A stretch of DNA of 64,000 nt from Octopus sinensis (taxonomy: Eukaryota): the NCBI RefSeq assembly GCF_006345805.1, contig NC_043020.1, positions 1,116,001-1,180,000 of the forward strand, in the 5' to 3' direction. The first letter of the stretch is position 1, and each line of letters starts with the position of its first letter. The notes beneath the pieces were generated by a model. The model made no database searches. It was given only the letters and a program-made list of their open reading frames with translations, and was not told where the DNA came from. Made by a program: the position numbers and the translations under genes. This document shows, piece after piece, positions 25,961 to 40,708 of this stretch.

Positions 25961-26280
25961 GCCATCTATGTATGATATTTAATGCATATACGTTGCTGAC
26001 AGGCGAATTATTACAATGTTTGTCCTGGTACAAACACTGCAATAGCTTTATTGGTATGATGTATTAAAAAGCGCGACGAATTGCAGTGCATCTACAAGAG
26101 ATATTAACTCAGAACGAGCACTACTCTCAGTGGCCTATGAGTAGAGTATATACATTAAGCATGGTATATAGGGGACTATTTTAATTTAATACCTCCTCAG
26201 TTACGTATACTGCGTGTCTATTCATTCACATATAGATATATATATGTATTTATAGATATATATATATGTATTTATGTATG

Positions 26281-26331
<51 letters not shown>

Positions 26332-26476
26332 ATATATATGTGTGTGTGTGTGTATGAATATGCATCTATGTATATATGTGCATATATATAGACATACATA
26401 AACATGTATATGAACATATATGTATACACGCACACATATTTGGATACTTGCATATATATATATATATTATTCATAC

Positions 26477-26515
<39 letters not shown>

Positions 26516-26563
26516 TATTGTATATATATTGCAATATTGCATATATATGCATATATATATGTA

Positions 26564-26644
<81 letters not shown>

Positions 26645-27138
26645 ATATGTATATATATGTATATGTATACACACGCACTCACAGACACACACCTTAGCAC
26701 AATAATCTAATGGACGTTTAGATGTTTAGAAAAGTAAGTTTCAGCGTCTGACACTGTCCTCAAATATTGAATTTTACACCGGATTTTATGAAAATAACTT
26801 GTTATTATAGTGACAATTAAAAGGAATAAGAAGACAAAAAGGGATGCTGGAAGAGTGGGAAAAAAAATGAAGCCGTAATATGCAGCTTATTAAACGAATA
26901 TACCTACCTTCAGGTATGTATGTGTGTATGTATGTATGTATGTATGTATGTATGTGTATGTATGTATATATGTATGTGTGTGTGTATGTATGCATGTATG
27001 TATGTATGTATGTATGTATGTATGTATGTGTGTGTGTATGTATGTATATGTATGTATGTATGTATGTATGTATGCATGTATGTGTATAGGTATTCACATA
27101 TACAGACAGAGGGAAAGGCGAAAAATACATAGAAAGAC

Positions 27139-27194
<56 letters not shown>

Positions 27195-27227
27195 GGATAG
27201 ATAGATAGATAGATAGATAGATAGAGT

Positions 27228-27258
<31 letters not shown>

Positions 27259-27264
27259 ACAGAC

Positions 27265-27345
<81 letters not shown>

Positions 27346-27400
27346 TGCCCGTAAGCATACATATTAATATCATGCATGTTACACGTGTGTGCACATATGA

Positions 27401-27458
<58 letters not shown>

Positions 27459-27618
27459 GTATATATGCATGTATGTATGTATATTCGTATATTTGTGACT
27501 GTGTGTATATGTGTGAACCCCAGTCTTGTGTGTACATATGCATATACACGCTCTCAAACAATAACACAGATGTATATACACAATTCCTACATCTATACAT
27601 ACATAACACACACACACA

Positions 27619-27675
<57 letters not shown>

Positions 27676-27957
27676 TACTGCAAATTACATACACATACAT
27701 ACACAAATGTGTATATAGTCTATACACAAGTCTATACACGTACGTACGCATGAACATACACGTATAAGAGTATAAAATGCTTGTGTTGGTGTTTCGTACA
27801 CGTTTGTACGCAAAGGAGTTTCGAAATTGACGCGAAAAGACACAGAGAGGGCCACAAGCTAGAACCACTCATACATTTTGAAATTACATTTCAGCAGCCG
27901 AGATATTTCAATAATCCTTGACAGCGACAATATTAGTTCAGGAAATGTATCTTTTAC

Positions 27958-28005
27958 CTGCCATGTATTCTAATTTAATATGGCGTTGCTGTTTAAAAAC
28001 AAGAG
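27958..28005 (-). CDS. Candidate 48-nt symmetric (phase 1-1) exon of an unidentified gene
   Basis: Acceptor TCTTCTCTTTCCTTTTCCCAG and donor CAG|GTAAAA. Only one frame is open (xLVFKQQRHIKLEYMA). No homology recognised. Confidence 0.3.
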
Positions 28006-28089
28006 CTGGGAAAAGGAAAGAGAAGACCCCGTGTTCTTTCCTCTGCTCGTTCACTGATAATAATGTTGGCGTGTGTTTCAATGTGTGTG

Positions 28090-28137
<48 letters not shown>

Positions 28138-28222
28138 TATACATGTATATGCCGAATACATATATATTTGCATATATATGAATACATACATATATATATA
28201 TATATACAGATACGTGCAAATG

Positions 28223-28266
<44 letters not shown>

Positions 28267-28542
28267 TATATATATATATGACTATGATATATATACATAT
28301 ATATGTGGAGACTGAAAGAAAGATAGAGGAGGGGCGAAGATGGATTTAGGTAATATGTATTCGTCCATCAATGTAGTAATGTCCATATGTGCGCATGCCT
28401 GTGTATATATATCTGTATGCGTATATATATATAATATATATATATATATTATTACTTACATATATACCCCTATAGATCTAAGTCTTCATGTATAAGTATG
28501 TCAGTGTATCAGTATTTACTTATATGAATGCTTATATATATA

Positions 28543-28581
<39 letters not shown>

Positions 28582-29251
28582 TATATGTATATGTATGTAT
28601 GTATAATATGTATGTATGTATACATATATTTATATATTATATATACATTTGTATGTATATATACAAGTTATGTACTTATACGGACACATGCATAATATAT
28701 ATATATGTGTGTGTGGTGTGTGTGTATACATATACGAACTTATTACACAAACATATACTTATAGATTCATTGGTGCATATACAAATATATATATATACAT
28801 TCTTACATACCTACGTGCATACAAACGTAAATACAACCATACAAACATACTTCCACGTATGTACGTACCTAAGCACGTACGGGTGTATATATATATATAT
28901 ATGAATACAAAAGGAGAACATTAAGCAGAATTGGCAAGGAATTATATAACGCTTTATTTTCTTAGTATTCAAATGGGAATACATTCTCCCATTACTGAAA
29001 TTTAGTTTCAAGATGGATATTACAACAGTTGTCACTCCGATATTACATTTGCTAGCAATAAGAACAAAATATTAAATATTCATCCAACCAACTCTCTTAT
29101 GTTTTAAACTATGCGCATAATTATATACGTACATAAATAGATATATACATACAAAATATATATATATATTCATACACATATACCGACAGACACACACATG
29201 CATATATATATATACATATATATATTCATGTTATATGTGTATACATATATG

Positions 29252-29319
<68 letters not shown>

Positions 29320-29909
29320 GTGAATGGAAGAAATGGATTATGTATTTGTATGTATATACATATATATATATGTGTATATATATATGTATATATATGTATA
29401 TATATATATATATATATGTATATCTATATTTATTTATATATATATATATATATGTTTCACGTATACGCTCGTGAAACTAGGCAGTGAAATTTAACTTAGT
29501 ATGTAGGAGATATTTAATCACTCAGAGTGCGCAGTAACTCCGCAAGTAGTCGGTGTTATGACTAAATCTGTTTGTATAAGACAAACTGAATGAAAATGAA
29601 CCTGCATTGTAGCGCAAAGAATTGATGTTATATCTACCTTTCTTTAAGTGTTATATTAGTCCTTCGTTCCTTATCTTTGTTTAAGATACATAGACGAACT
29701 CACATCGTACCAAACATGAGTCGGATCGTTGTACATCCTCGGACTAATTACACTTGTATTGCCCAGGTTCATATGCACCCGTTTTCTTTTACATCAGGTG
29801 ACTCGTATTTACGCGTCTGAGCATACTATAAAACACTTCAGTTATTTTTCTTCACTATATTTCTATATGATTATATTTCGATATGTGTGGCTGGCTGGAT
29901 GGGTGGAGT

Positions 29910-30147
29910 TGTTCCATGCCAGGCTCATAAGAGCTGGTTTCCCGGTTTCAGCGGGGTAGAAATTCCCCACCTGGTCGGGACGCCGGTCCGTCGCAGGAAC
30001 ACTCATTTTTGCCAGCTGAGGGGACTGGAGCAATGTGAAATGAAGTGTTTTGCTCAAGAACACAACGCATCGCCCGATCCAGGATTCGAAACCACAACCT
30101 TACGATCATGAGTTCAACACCCTAGCCACTAAGCCATGCACTTCCAC
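29910..30147 (-). mobile_element. SINE head D + tail X
   Basis: Same structure as 18204-18451; perfect 11-bp TSD ATGGGTGGAGT at 29899-29909 and 30148-30158. Confidence 0.9.
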
Positions 30148-30774
30148 ATGGGTGGAGTGAGGAAAGTTTTGGTGGTTAGAAGTGTTGGAGTGAGAGAGGC
30201 AAGAGAGTTTATTAATGATGGGAATGTTTGAAGAGAGTTTGTGGACGGATGAGGGAAATGATGTTATTCAAAGGGGTGCAGAACCAGCATGATGTGCATC
30301 GGGGATAAACCAGCCTATGCTATCGGACCCCGCTGCTGATATTGGGTGTTGCGTTCTATGCCTTGACCCGAGTATAGAACGGGGCTCGCCTTTAAGAGAT
30401 AGGAAATGAATGGAATGATTGGTGCGTCTTGTTGTGGCTACCCGCTCCTTTAAAATAAGGGAGAATAGGCCTGGATATATAAAGGAAAAATGTGTAAGAT
30501 ATAATTTCTCCATAAAATATATATTGTTGTAATTGTCAGTCGACTCGTGATAACAATAACTGTCCTATACTGTTGTTGTTAAACGAATACTTGTATTTAT
30601 TTCAAGAGTGTCTGATGAGAAGAACAGTCATCGAAATATCTAAGTGTCCTCTAAATTAAATTGTGATTAACATCTTGTATTTCTTTGGGAACTGTTTCTC
30701 CAGTTTGCTTAATTTTTATAGACATTTTGCGTACACATGAATATACATGTACATACGCATACATATATTTAAAC

Positions 30775-30828
<54 letters not shown>

Positions 30829-31039
30829 CATACTCTTTCGGATTCTACATCCATGGACCTCACTGGCTATTTTCGCTTCTGTAAATCGCTCTAATCTAGA
30901 ACGAATTTTGAACTTTCTGAACTTTTAAACTCCATACGTTAATAACTTTGCCATTCTCTCTTTTTTCTCTCTCTCGTTTGTCTCCTTTTTCCAGCATGCC
31001 TAATTCCATGTTGGACCGTTGGCCACTGCACATTCTTTC

Positions 31040-31216
31040 TTGCTCCGTTTTTTTTTTTTTTTCATTCTTTCTCTATTTTTCCTTCTTAATCCTTTCTGTC
31101 GAGGAGCGTAGGTTCGAAACATAAAAGACTTTTTCCATTTTTCCAGAGCGTTAAACTAGTACACGTGCTTGTTGACCCTACACCAGTCTTCGTCTTCTGT
31201 TTTATGTAAATTTGAA
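31040..31216 (+). mobile_element. H family copy 3
   Basis: CTTT-CTGTCGA-G-GAGC gtag GTTC-GAAACATA-AAAG at 31092-31127, plus the shared 3' body. Confidence 0.75.
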
Positions 31217-31370
31217 CAACATATATATATACACATAAATAAATAAAGCATACTAAAGCTGAAAAATATATCTTCATAAATTGTTACTCAGAGTTTCACG
31301 TTACCGTTTATCAAAGAGTTGTGGTCACCCTATGATCATAGTATGAGCACAACACACACACACACACACA

Positions 31371-31437
<67 letters not shown>

Positions 31438-31778
31438 ACGGTCATTCAGTTTCTTTGTAGTCAATCCACTAACGAGACTTTGAATAGACATTTACCGAAG
31501 GTGCTCTGTAGAAGGATTGAACCCAGAACCATGTGCTTCTGAAGCAAACTTCTTATCATATTTACAATATATACATTTGAGTGTGTGTGTGTGTGTGTGT
31601 GTGTGTGTTGTGTGTGTGTGTGTGTGTATGTGTGTGTGTAAAATATAGATGGTTATATAAAAACGATCAGAATTAACAACGAATGTAGTTTATGGGCAGA
31701 TCTCTGTAGATCTGTGTGTGCACTTGTATACACTTACGCTCACACACACATACAAATACACCGCAGATGTACACGCAC

Positions 31779-31811
<33 letters not shown>

Positions 31812-32728
31812 CATACCAATAGAAACTTCCCTGTATGAATTTATTTTTGAATATCAATTCATGTTTTTATATTACATTATATATTTTCATAAATACACAC
31901 AACGCATCCCGTGAAACACTGCTCGAACAAGGTAAATAAATTGATAAAGCTGTATATTGCGAATATATGTTAAACATTTCTTTTACTCTCCATAGACAAT
32001 AAATTTTCTATATAGCTGATATTACGGTCTGCAAACTTTTTATTTCGCACCTGAAATAGCTCGACTTCAGATATTCTCTCGGCTTATCTCTGCCATTTAA
32101 AGTTGTGGCATCAACGTCGTACTACCTTCATTCGCTAACTTTCACGAGAATAAAAAATCCTTTACAGCGTTATTTTTTTTCTTTTCGTACAAATATGGTG
32201 TTTTATAGCACACAATTTCCTTTTCCCTACATGCTTGTGTGTACGAGAGAGAGAGGGGGGGATATCATTATCGAAATCAATTTTCAAATACCCAGGTGCA
32301 AAATGGCAGTAGCAACTTTTTTTCCGTTTATCTCTTTCTGCTCTCGCCCGCTATATTCCTATATTCTCATTCTATCCCACCTCGCTAGATAACCATCTAC
32401 ACGTTGCTAAAATTGCCAGGTCATCTTCTAGAAGTTGATTCCATATCTGTTAAGCTAATTAATAAAGAAATCTATGTATTACGGGTACTCAGTGTTCAGC
32501 TGGTACTTCTTTCATCGACCCCGTAACGATGAAATGCAAAGTCGACCCCAGCGGCATTTCAACTCAGAACGTAAAGTCGGAAGAAACGCTACTCAGCATT
32601 TTGTTTCTGCTGTGGCATCGATTCTACCATTTCGTCGCCTTATATGACATTGACTCTTGCTGTCATATTTAGGTGTTTTCTCTAAAGTCATACTTGAAAG
32701 AATTCATAATCGAGTCTTCTTCTTTCTA

Positions 32729-33145
32729 CAGGATGTTCAAAAAGTCTCTCCGCAGGCGCTACTTCAAGAGTTTTTCGGTGAACGGATTATTTCGAAGGGA
32801 CTTTGGCCACCAGGATCACCTAATTTAACACCGCCAGGCTTTTTTTTTCTGGGGAGCAAGTAAAGGATCAGTATACAAGAATAGCCCGAAAGCCATTAAT
32901 GAGCTAAAAAGACGCAATCATAACCTTCACACGGTCCATACCGCATCAGACTCTCCAAGATGTATTTTATAACATGTGTAGAAGAGTCAACTTATGTATT
33001 GAAAAGGAAGGACGACACTTTCAACACTTCTTATAAAGTTCTTTAAAGTCTTGTAAAGTCTAATATATTCTTTTGTAGTCTTATACCATCTTATAAATAT
33101 TTTGCAATAAAATACTTACTGCGGAGAGACTTTTAGAACACCCTG
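32729..33145 (+). mobile_element. Internally deleted Tc1/mariner-superfamily element (417 bp)
   Basis: 27-bp TIRs (25/27 identical) at 32729-32755 and 33119-33145, flanked by TA. The interior encodes a transposase C-terminus LWPPGSPNLTPPGFF...CIEKEGRHFQHFL* (stop 33034-33036). Confidence 0.9.
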
Positions 33146-34261
33146 TACTAGGATGGAGTCTTCGGCTCATCGTCCAAATACGTCTTCGTTGTGTCTTTAC
33201 TATAAGTATTCCTATGCTCATTTCTCTGATCAACTTTCTAGTTTAGTACCCTCTTCCACGACCTTTAAACATATCACCCTTTTTCTCCTTACCGACGCAT
33301 CGTTTCTCATTCGAGCTTCCTGTTAGTTATAGTATTCAATTATTCTAACACTTTCTTTCCTTGAATTGCTCCTCTCTTAAACTCACTACCATACTTTAGT
33401 TTTGCTTTCCTCTTGTCTGTGATACTCAGTCCTTTAAGCTTTCTATCAATCGACATCTTTCGTAATCACAGGCCCCCTCATCTGCTTTTCCTTCTTTTTT
33501 AGTCTCCTGCTCTACAATGGCCTCAAACTGTGCTTCGGACAAAATCGTATAGAAAAGAAAATGGCTGCTTTTAGAGCCTCTAAAATTGATGCTATTATGA
33601 TGAATGTTTTATATAATACATGTCTATCTAGTTAAAACTATATGAGAAACATTAAAGTTTTAAAAAATCATCTTAAATGAGAATTAATATTTCGTTTTTT
33701 ACTTTACTGGGATTAAACATTTTAAGGAGTGGTTTTTATCGCTCCTAGGGCCCAACTGATACGCATATTATCGATCCTGAATGGATAAAAGGCAAATTCG
33801 ACCACGGTGTAATTTGTATTCAGAATGTAAAAAAAAAAAAAAAGACGATGGGCTTAACGTTTCTGCCAGCTCGCTACCTTATGTTGTTTCAGAAATAATG
33901 AGAGACAACTGGCTTTAAATAATCTACCTGCCCCGAAAATTTATCCCCCATCACCACTAATGACAGAGAAAATCCATCCTCAACACTCATGTTTTCTACA
34001 AAGTCTAAACTTAAATCAGAAATATAAAATTTCGGTTCTACATTACTTTTCTCCATTTAACCCTAATCGAAATAACATTTTATACCCCAAGAATTATAAA
34101 CCATTAAAGATTAAACATTTTAAATTAAGACCATAAATTAAGTTGCTCTCTTAATCCGTTAAATAATTTATTAATGTAATGCAATCAACCAGAGATGATC
34201 GCATCTAATTCATGAAATATGATCTAATCTTTATGCTATCTTTAAAATATTTCCTTAAAAT

Positions 34262-34353
34262 TAATAATGATGATGACGACGACGATGAGGATGATAATGA
34301 TGGTGATGGGTGATGATTAGAATGATAATAATAATAATAATAATAATAATAAT

Positions 34354-34393
<40 letters not shown>

Positions 34394-34538
34394 ATAATAA
34401 TAATAATAATAATAAAAATAATAATAATAACAAAAACAATAATAGTAATAATAATAATAGTAGTAATAATAATAATGATAATAATAATAATAATAATAAT
34501 AACAATAATAATGATAATAATAATAATAACAAATATAA

Positions 34539-34569
<31 letters not shown>

Positions 34570-34608
34570 AATAACAAAAAAATATTAGTAATAAAAATAA
34601 TAATAGTA

Positions 34609-34651
<43 letters not shown>

Positions 34652-34691
34652 CAACAATAATAATAACAACAATAATAATAACAACAACAAC

Positions 34692-34762
<71 letters not shown>

Positions 34763-34775
34763 TGATGATAATAAA
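34262..34775. repeat. Long (AAT)n microsatellite
   Basis: About 500 bp of AAT with AAC/GAT variants. Confidence 0.95.
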
Positions 34776-35541
34776 TGAAATTATATTAATGATATTTTTC
34801 TGTCTTATTAATTTTGAAAAAAAAGCTTTCTCGTCAACCTTTTCTACTACATAAGCTTATTTTAAATTACATAGTTATTTTAAAATCTAATGAATGGTTC
34901 ATCGCCCTTCATTGGTTGATAATAATGATTCTAGCAACAACAAATTTTAGTATTATTATTTTAGACCATTTTTATTACTGTTTTCAATTTATATTTCATA
35001 ACTCTTAGTATTGTTCACAAACTAATATATTTATTGATTGATTTCAATGCTTTTTTTATATTTTATTACTTCTCATTGTATATTTATCTATCTTCTTCTT
35101 TAATCACAGTAAAATAAGTCTATATACTTATTTTAATTATTTATTTATTTAATCAATTTAAACGTGCGTATAAAAGCTGGCAAGCCATGACCATCTGAAG
35201 AAGGTATATAAATGGCGGTTATGTCACAAATGAAACTAAAACAAACGCAAGAAAGAAGGAAAAAATAAGGGGAAAAGAAATAGATAAAGAGATACAGATA
35301 AAGTACAGTTAAATGTTTCTGCAGTTAAATCTTTTTGTGGCCTCCATTAATTAAACCTTATTTATGGTTGGTGGATTCTTGGAAATAAATTACATCTCCC
35401 ATCTTGCTGGTTTTACAGATACCATTTTAAAACGCCAAACCTTTTCCTTCTCTGTCAAGCTGTCTGTCTGTCTGTCTGTCTCTCAGTAACTTTGCATTGG
35501 AAGAAATAATTCCGCGAGGTTTCAGGCGCAGGCACAGGCGG

Positions 35542-35703
35542 GGCCGTGTGGTAAGAAGTTTACCTGTCAACCACATGATTCCAGGATCAGACCCATAGAG
35601 TGGCACCTTGAGAAAGCGTCTTCTACTATAGCTTCGGGCCGGCCAAAGCCTTTGAGTGGATCTGGTAGATGGAAACTGTAAGATGCCCGACGTGTATAAA
35701 TGT

Positions 35704-35747
<44 letters not shown>

Positions 35748-35776
35748 ATATATGTGTATATTATATATGTATGTAG

Positions 35777-35815
<39 letters not shown>

Positions 35816-36310
35816 CATATATATGTACATATACATGTGTATGTGTATCTGTGTCTGTGTTTGTCCCTCCGACATCGCTTGACAACCGATGCTTGCGTGT
35901 TTATGTCCCCGTAACCTAGCGGTTCGGCGAAAGTACTACGCTTACAAAGAATAAGTCCTGGGGTCAATTTTTTCGACTAAAACCCTTCAAGGCGGTGCTC
36001 CAGCATGGCTGCAAATGACTGGAACAAATAAAAGAATAAAAGAATATATATGTTTATATATGTATGTGCGTCTGTGTGTTTGTGTCTTTGTATCTGTGTT
36101 TGTAGCCCACCACCACTTGACAACCGGTGTTGGTGTATTTATGTCCCCCATAACTTAGAGGTTCGGCAAAAGTGACCGATAGAACAAGTACCAGACTTTA
36201 GAAAAGTATAAGTAGTGAACCATTCGACTAAAAATTCTTCAAGACGGTACCCCAGCATGGCCGCATTCAAATGGCTGATACAAGCAAAAGATAGATGATA
36301 ATAAAAGATA
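35542..36310 (+). mobile_element. SINE C full copy (35542-36047) followed by a second 3' half (~36075-36310)
   Basis: Head GGCCGTGTGGTAAG, internal (TA)n, and tails GGCGGTGCTCCAGCATGGCTGC... and GACGGTACCCCAGCATGGCCGC... Confidence 0.85.
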
Positions 36311-36720
36311 AAAAGCATAAAGATAACTCCATAAAAATCACTTCGTGATAGAATATAGTTGAAAGAAACACGGCCCATTCGAAAACCCACAAAATCTCCG
36401 TTAATCTTCTTCAATATAATACATTTCAGACGTTGATAGATCAAACTAAGATAATAGAGAATCAAAAGTTTGATTGTTTATCTCTTGCTGGTTTATCTCT
36501 TGGTTTATCTCTTGATTCTTCCCAGTATTTTCCCACTCTTAGCTAATTACGATCTGCTGGCTGATTAGAGCTGTATCCTGTATTGGTTTCAAATTTTGAC
36601 ACAAGGCCAGCAATTTCGAGGGAGGATGAAAAAACAAGTCGACTTCGAAGGAATTTAAACTTGGAACGTAATGACGGATGAAATGCCGCTAAGCATTGGG
36701 CCCTGCGTGCTAAGGATTCT

Positions 36721-37325
36721 TATTTCTTTATTGCCCACAAGGTGCTAAACATAGAGGGGGCAAACAAGGACAGACAAACGGATTAAGTCAATTACATCGA
36801 CCCCAGTGCGTAACTGGTACTTAATTTATCGACCCCGAAAGGATGAAAGGCAAAGTCGACCTCGGTGGAATTTGAACTCAGAACGTAACGGCAGACGAAA
36901 TACCTATTTCTTTACTACCCACAAGGGGCTAAACACAGAGGGGGCAAACAAGGACAGACAAACGGATTAAGTCGATTATATCGACCCCAGTGCGTAACTG
37001 GTACTTATTTAATCGACCCCGAAAGGATGAAAGGCAAAGTCGACCTCGGCGGAATTTGAACTCAGAACGTAACAGCAGACGAAATACCTATTTTTTTACT
37101 ACCCACAAGGAGCTAAATACAGAGGGGACAAACAAGGACAGACAAACGGATTAAGTCGGTTAGATCGTTCCCAGTATGCAATTGGTATTTAATTTATCGA
37201 CCCCGAAAGGATGAAAGGCAAAGTCGACCTCGGCAGAATTTGAACTCAGAACGTAACCGCAGACGAAATACCGCTAAGCATTTCACCCGACGTGCTAACA
37301 TTTCTGCCAACTCGCCGCCTTCCTT
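36721..37325 (-). mobile_element. SINE B trimer (184-bp period) inserted into an older SINE B head
   Basis: Bodies start at 36721, 36905 and 37089, with a single head at ~37270-37320. An 11-bp TSD CTAAGGATTCT lies at 36710-36720 and 37326-37336. Confidence 0.9.
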
Positions 37326-37774
37326 CTAAGGATTCTATCAGCTCCCTGCCATCGCTGTTGTGTATATTGATTATTTTATTTGATGCTCCCTATTTCGCTA
37401 ATTTAACTGCTTTTCTGTTTCCCTTAATATTTATTTTCCATCAGAAACAAAATATTCGTTCGTATACGTTTGTATAAGCAATAGCTCTTTCTACTACGTA
37501 CATGCTTCGGAATTTTGGAGGAGTGGGCTTGTGGATTACATTGACTCCAATACCAAATCGACATCGGCAGCATATTGACTTACAACGTGAATTCGGAAGA
37601 AATGCTGCTAAGCATTTTGTCCGGCGTCCAAACGATTCTGCCAGCTCGCCTTAATGTATATTTTCCATCAGAGACAAAATCGTTTTCACTTCCCTTTGGG
37701 GAGATCGACTAAATAGGGAATCAGCCGTACAATCCTTAATATACATTGTGTTTACTCCCTATTCTAATTAACGC

Positions 37775-37975
37775 AATGTACCATGCATTGTTTTAGCCTT
37801 CAAATGACGCCACCCCGCTGGCTAGGCGAGCTGGCCAACATTACCCCCTGGTCGAAAGGGGGACATGACCAACGTGAAATGAAATGTTTTGCTCAACAAC
37901 GCGCCGCCCAGTCTGGGAGTCGAACCTACGACCTAACGATCTTGAGTGCAACAGCTTAACCACTACGCCACTCGC
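37775..37975 (-). mobile_element. Diverged SINE head D with a different tail
   Basis: The minus strand has a tRNA-like head (GGTTCGACTCCC) and TTGAGCAAAACATTTCATTTCACG, but the tail is GGCCAGCTCGCCTAGCCAGCGGGGTGGCG, not X. Confidence 0.6.
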
Positions 37976-38335
37976 ATTTTTACGTATTATAGAACTATAA
38001 CCAATTTATTGCACATAATTTTTAACATCTTATATGCACCTTACCCAAGAGTCGGTCGAGAAGCACTGTTCTAACAAAATAATCCGGACATTTATGCTTC
38101 ATTATCTATGCAAAATAATCCACCGAGTTTCGTGGCTTCCTGACAGACAGATCTTACAATTAGCTACAACGCCACTCTATCGCACATGCATATGTTAATC
38201 CTAGACGCCTCTTATTGCAATGCACTTAGCTGAATTCTGATGATACTGAAGCCGAACAATTCCACTCTAAGTGCCAACTTTTTAATAAACATAGACACAC
38301 ATACACATATACACTCACGCAACAAGTAGACACAA

Positions 38336-38374
<39 letters not shown>

Positions 38375-39135
38375 TATTATATATATGTATGTTTGTATGT
38401 ATATATATAGGTTATATATATGTATATATGTATATATATGTTATATATATATGCATATATATATATATAAATATATGTATGTATATTTGTTATATATATA
38501 TATATATGTTTATATTATGTATATATACATGCATATAAATATATATAAATATGTATGTATATATATGTATATATATATATATATATGTTTATATATATGT
38601 ATATGTATATATAAGTGGTATATATATATGCATATATATATATGTATATATATATGTATATGTATATATGCATAATCATATATGTATCTATATATATATA
38701 TATATATATATATAAATACATATATTATATATATATATATGGAAAAATGGAAAAAAAATATCATGATATAATTACATAGATCATGCTTATATAATATTTA
38801 CATATATTAGCAGAAATATATAAATTTATATACGAAACAAATGGATTTATACATACATTTATGTATCACATGATAACTTTCTATACAAGAAGTTACTGTT
38901 TATATAAGAGAATACACTGTTTATATAAAAGACGATATACACACACACACACACATATATATATTTACATATATACGTACAGGTAGTGTATGAATGTATA
39001 TATTTGAACATACGCCTCTTTTGTTGTTAAATATACAAACATAAATATTATTATGTACTTCCAAATAGATATATAAAAAAGTTTTCAATGCATATATTTA
39101 TTATTTATATGAAAACTTTGCTCGTCTGTTATATA

Positions 39136-39171
<36 letters not shown>

Positions 39172-39541
39172 TGTATGTATGTATGTATGTATGTATGTAT
39201 GTATATATGTATGTATATGTATGTATATATGTATGTACGTATTAACTTGTCATGAGCCAAAGAAGCAGTATTGGTTCAAAATAGCAATTTTTATATCATA
39301 CTTAAAGAAGATAAGTCTGCTAAATTTGGTACTCGTCTCGAAAAAGCATCTCTTACAAACGTATTCTGTTAAAGAACACCATAATATTTAAGCAGTATAT
39401 GTATTTCTTTAATTTCTTCAATATTTACACACGACAAATACCCAAACATAAACCTAGAAGTATAGGATAAGGCTAGAGGACAGTATTGGATAATTTCGGG
39501 AGTGGAAGAGCTTCATACTGTATTCTGCCACGTTCCCAGCG

Positions 39542-39586
<45 letters not shown>

Positions 39587-39597
39587 ATGTATGTATG

Positions 39598-39631
<34 letters not shown>

Positions 39632-40105
39632 TGTATGTATGCATGTATGAATGTATGGTTGTACGTATGTATGTATATATATATAATATATATATATCAA
39701 TATCAGGGTAGCAAAAAATTCAATAGAAATTATTTCGCCACCAGCGGTCTAGTGAGAAAGAAAAAATAGTCAACAGACTATATAATGTACATTCAACAAT
39801 AATATTAAGGAATGGCTTTAATAAGTCATTCAACTCACTAAAACGAGCAGCCATATATATATATATATATATTGTTATATTTCGGAATGGTCATTTTGAA
39901 GTAGTTTAGCCAATAAAAACACACGCACTATATAGTTGGTGTTACTTTGCTTCAGTGTTATTTATTTTTACATTAATCTTAATCTTATTTCGGCCAGAGT
40001 TTTTTCGTCACACTCCTGTGACCGCATCAGTGGTCCTTTGTTTTCTTCTTTCTTATTTGTGTCTCTCCTTACTAACCGTCAGCCATTATATATATATATA
40101 TATAG

Positions 40106-40170
<65 letters not shown>

Positions 40171-40172
<2 letters not shown>

Positions 40173-40708
40173 CATTAAAAGGCTTCCAAATAAAGAAGCG
40201 AGTGCTAGGTACAAAAAGGGGATAAATTCATGAAATGGAATCAAAATAAAAAACTTTTACCAACTCAGCTAATCCTGTACTGCAGTTTCATCTTTGTTTT
40301 AGCAAATGAATAGAATTTATCTGCCAAGGCCAGAATCGTCAGCAGGAAGCCTTTGTAATCCGAGCTGTACATACCGTTAGAAGCACGTGCAAATCTAACG
40401 ATCTGTATACCCTAACTTTTCAGACCGGTGCGCAGACGCAAATCATACCCGGCGACAGAGAGGATGCCGGTAAAAATTTACGAGCAAATTTATCGAGCAA
40501 TATTTAAACATAGTAAATAGGGTAATAAAAATAAATTATTTATTATTACCAGTGACCTAGCACAAAAGACGAATTAGTCATTAGACTATACGTTATTCAT
40601 ATATAAGTACATTAAAAGGATTCCAAATAAAGAAGCGAGTGCTAGATACACAAAAAGGGGATAGATTCATGAAATGGAATGAAAATCAGAAACGTTTACC
40701 AACTCAGC
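40171..40708. mobile_element. Unclassified element with ~100-bp terminal direct repeats
   Basis: 40171-40269 and 40608-40708 are diverged direct repeats (TACATTAAAAGG..CCAAATAAAGAAGCGAGTGCTAG...CCAACTCAGC) around ~340 bp; a (TA)n tract abuts the left repeat and TA-rich sequence follows the right. Confidence 0.6.

Noticed and set aside
33150-33560. Purine-rich minus strand suggesting an old coding relic
   Set aside because: Frames are broken every 30-35 codons and no family motif was identified.
36721-37325. CRISPR-like or satellite array
   Set aside because: Units are ~184-bp SINE bodies with no unique spacers, in eukaryotic context.
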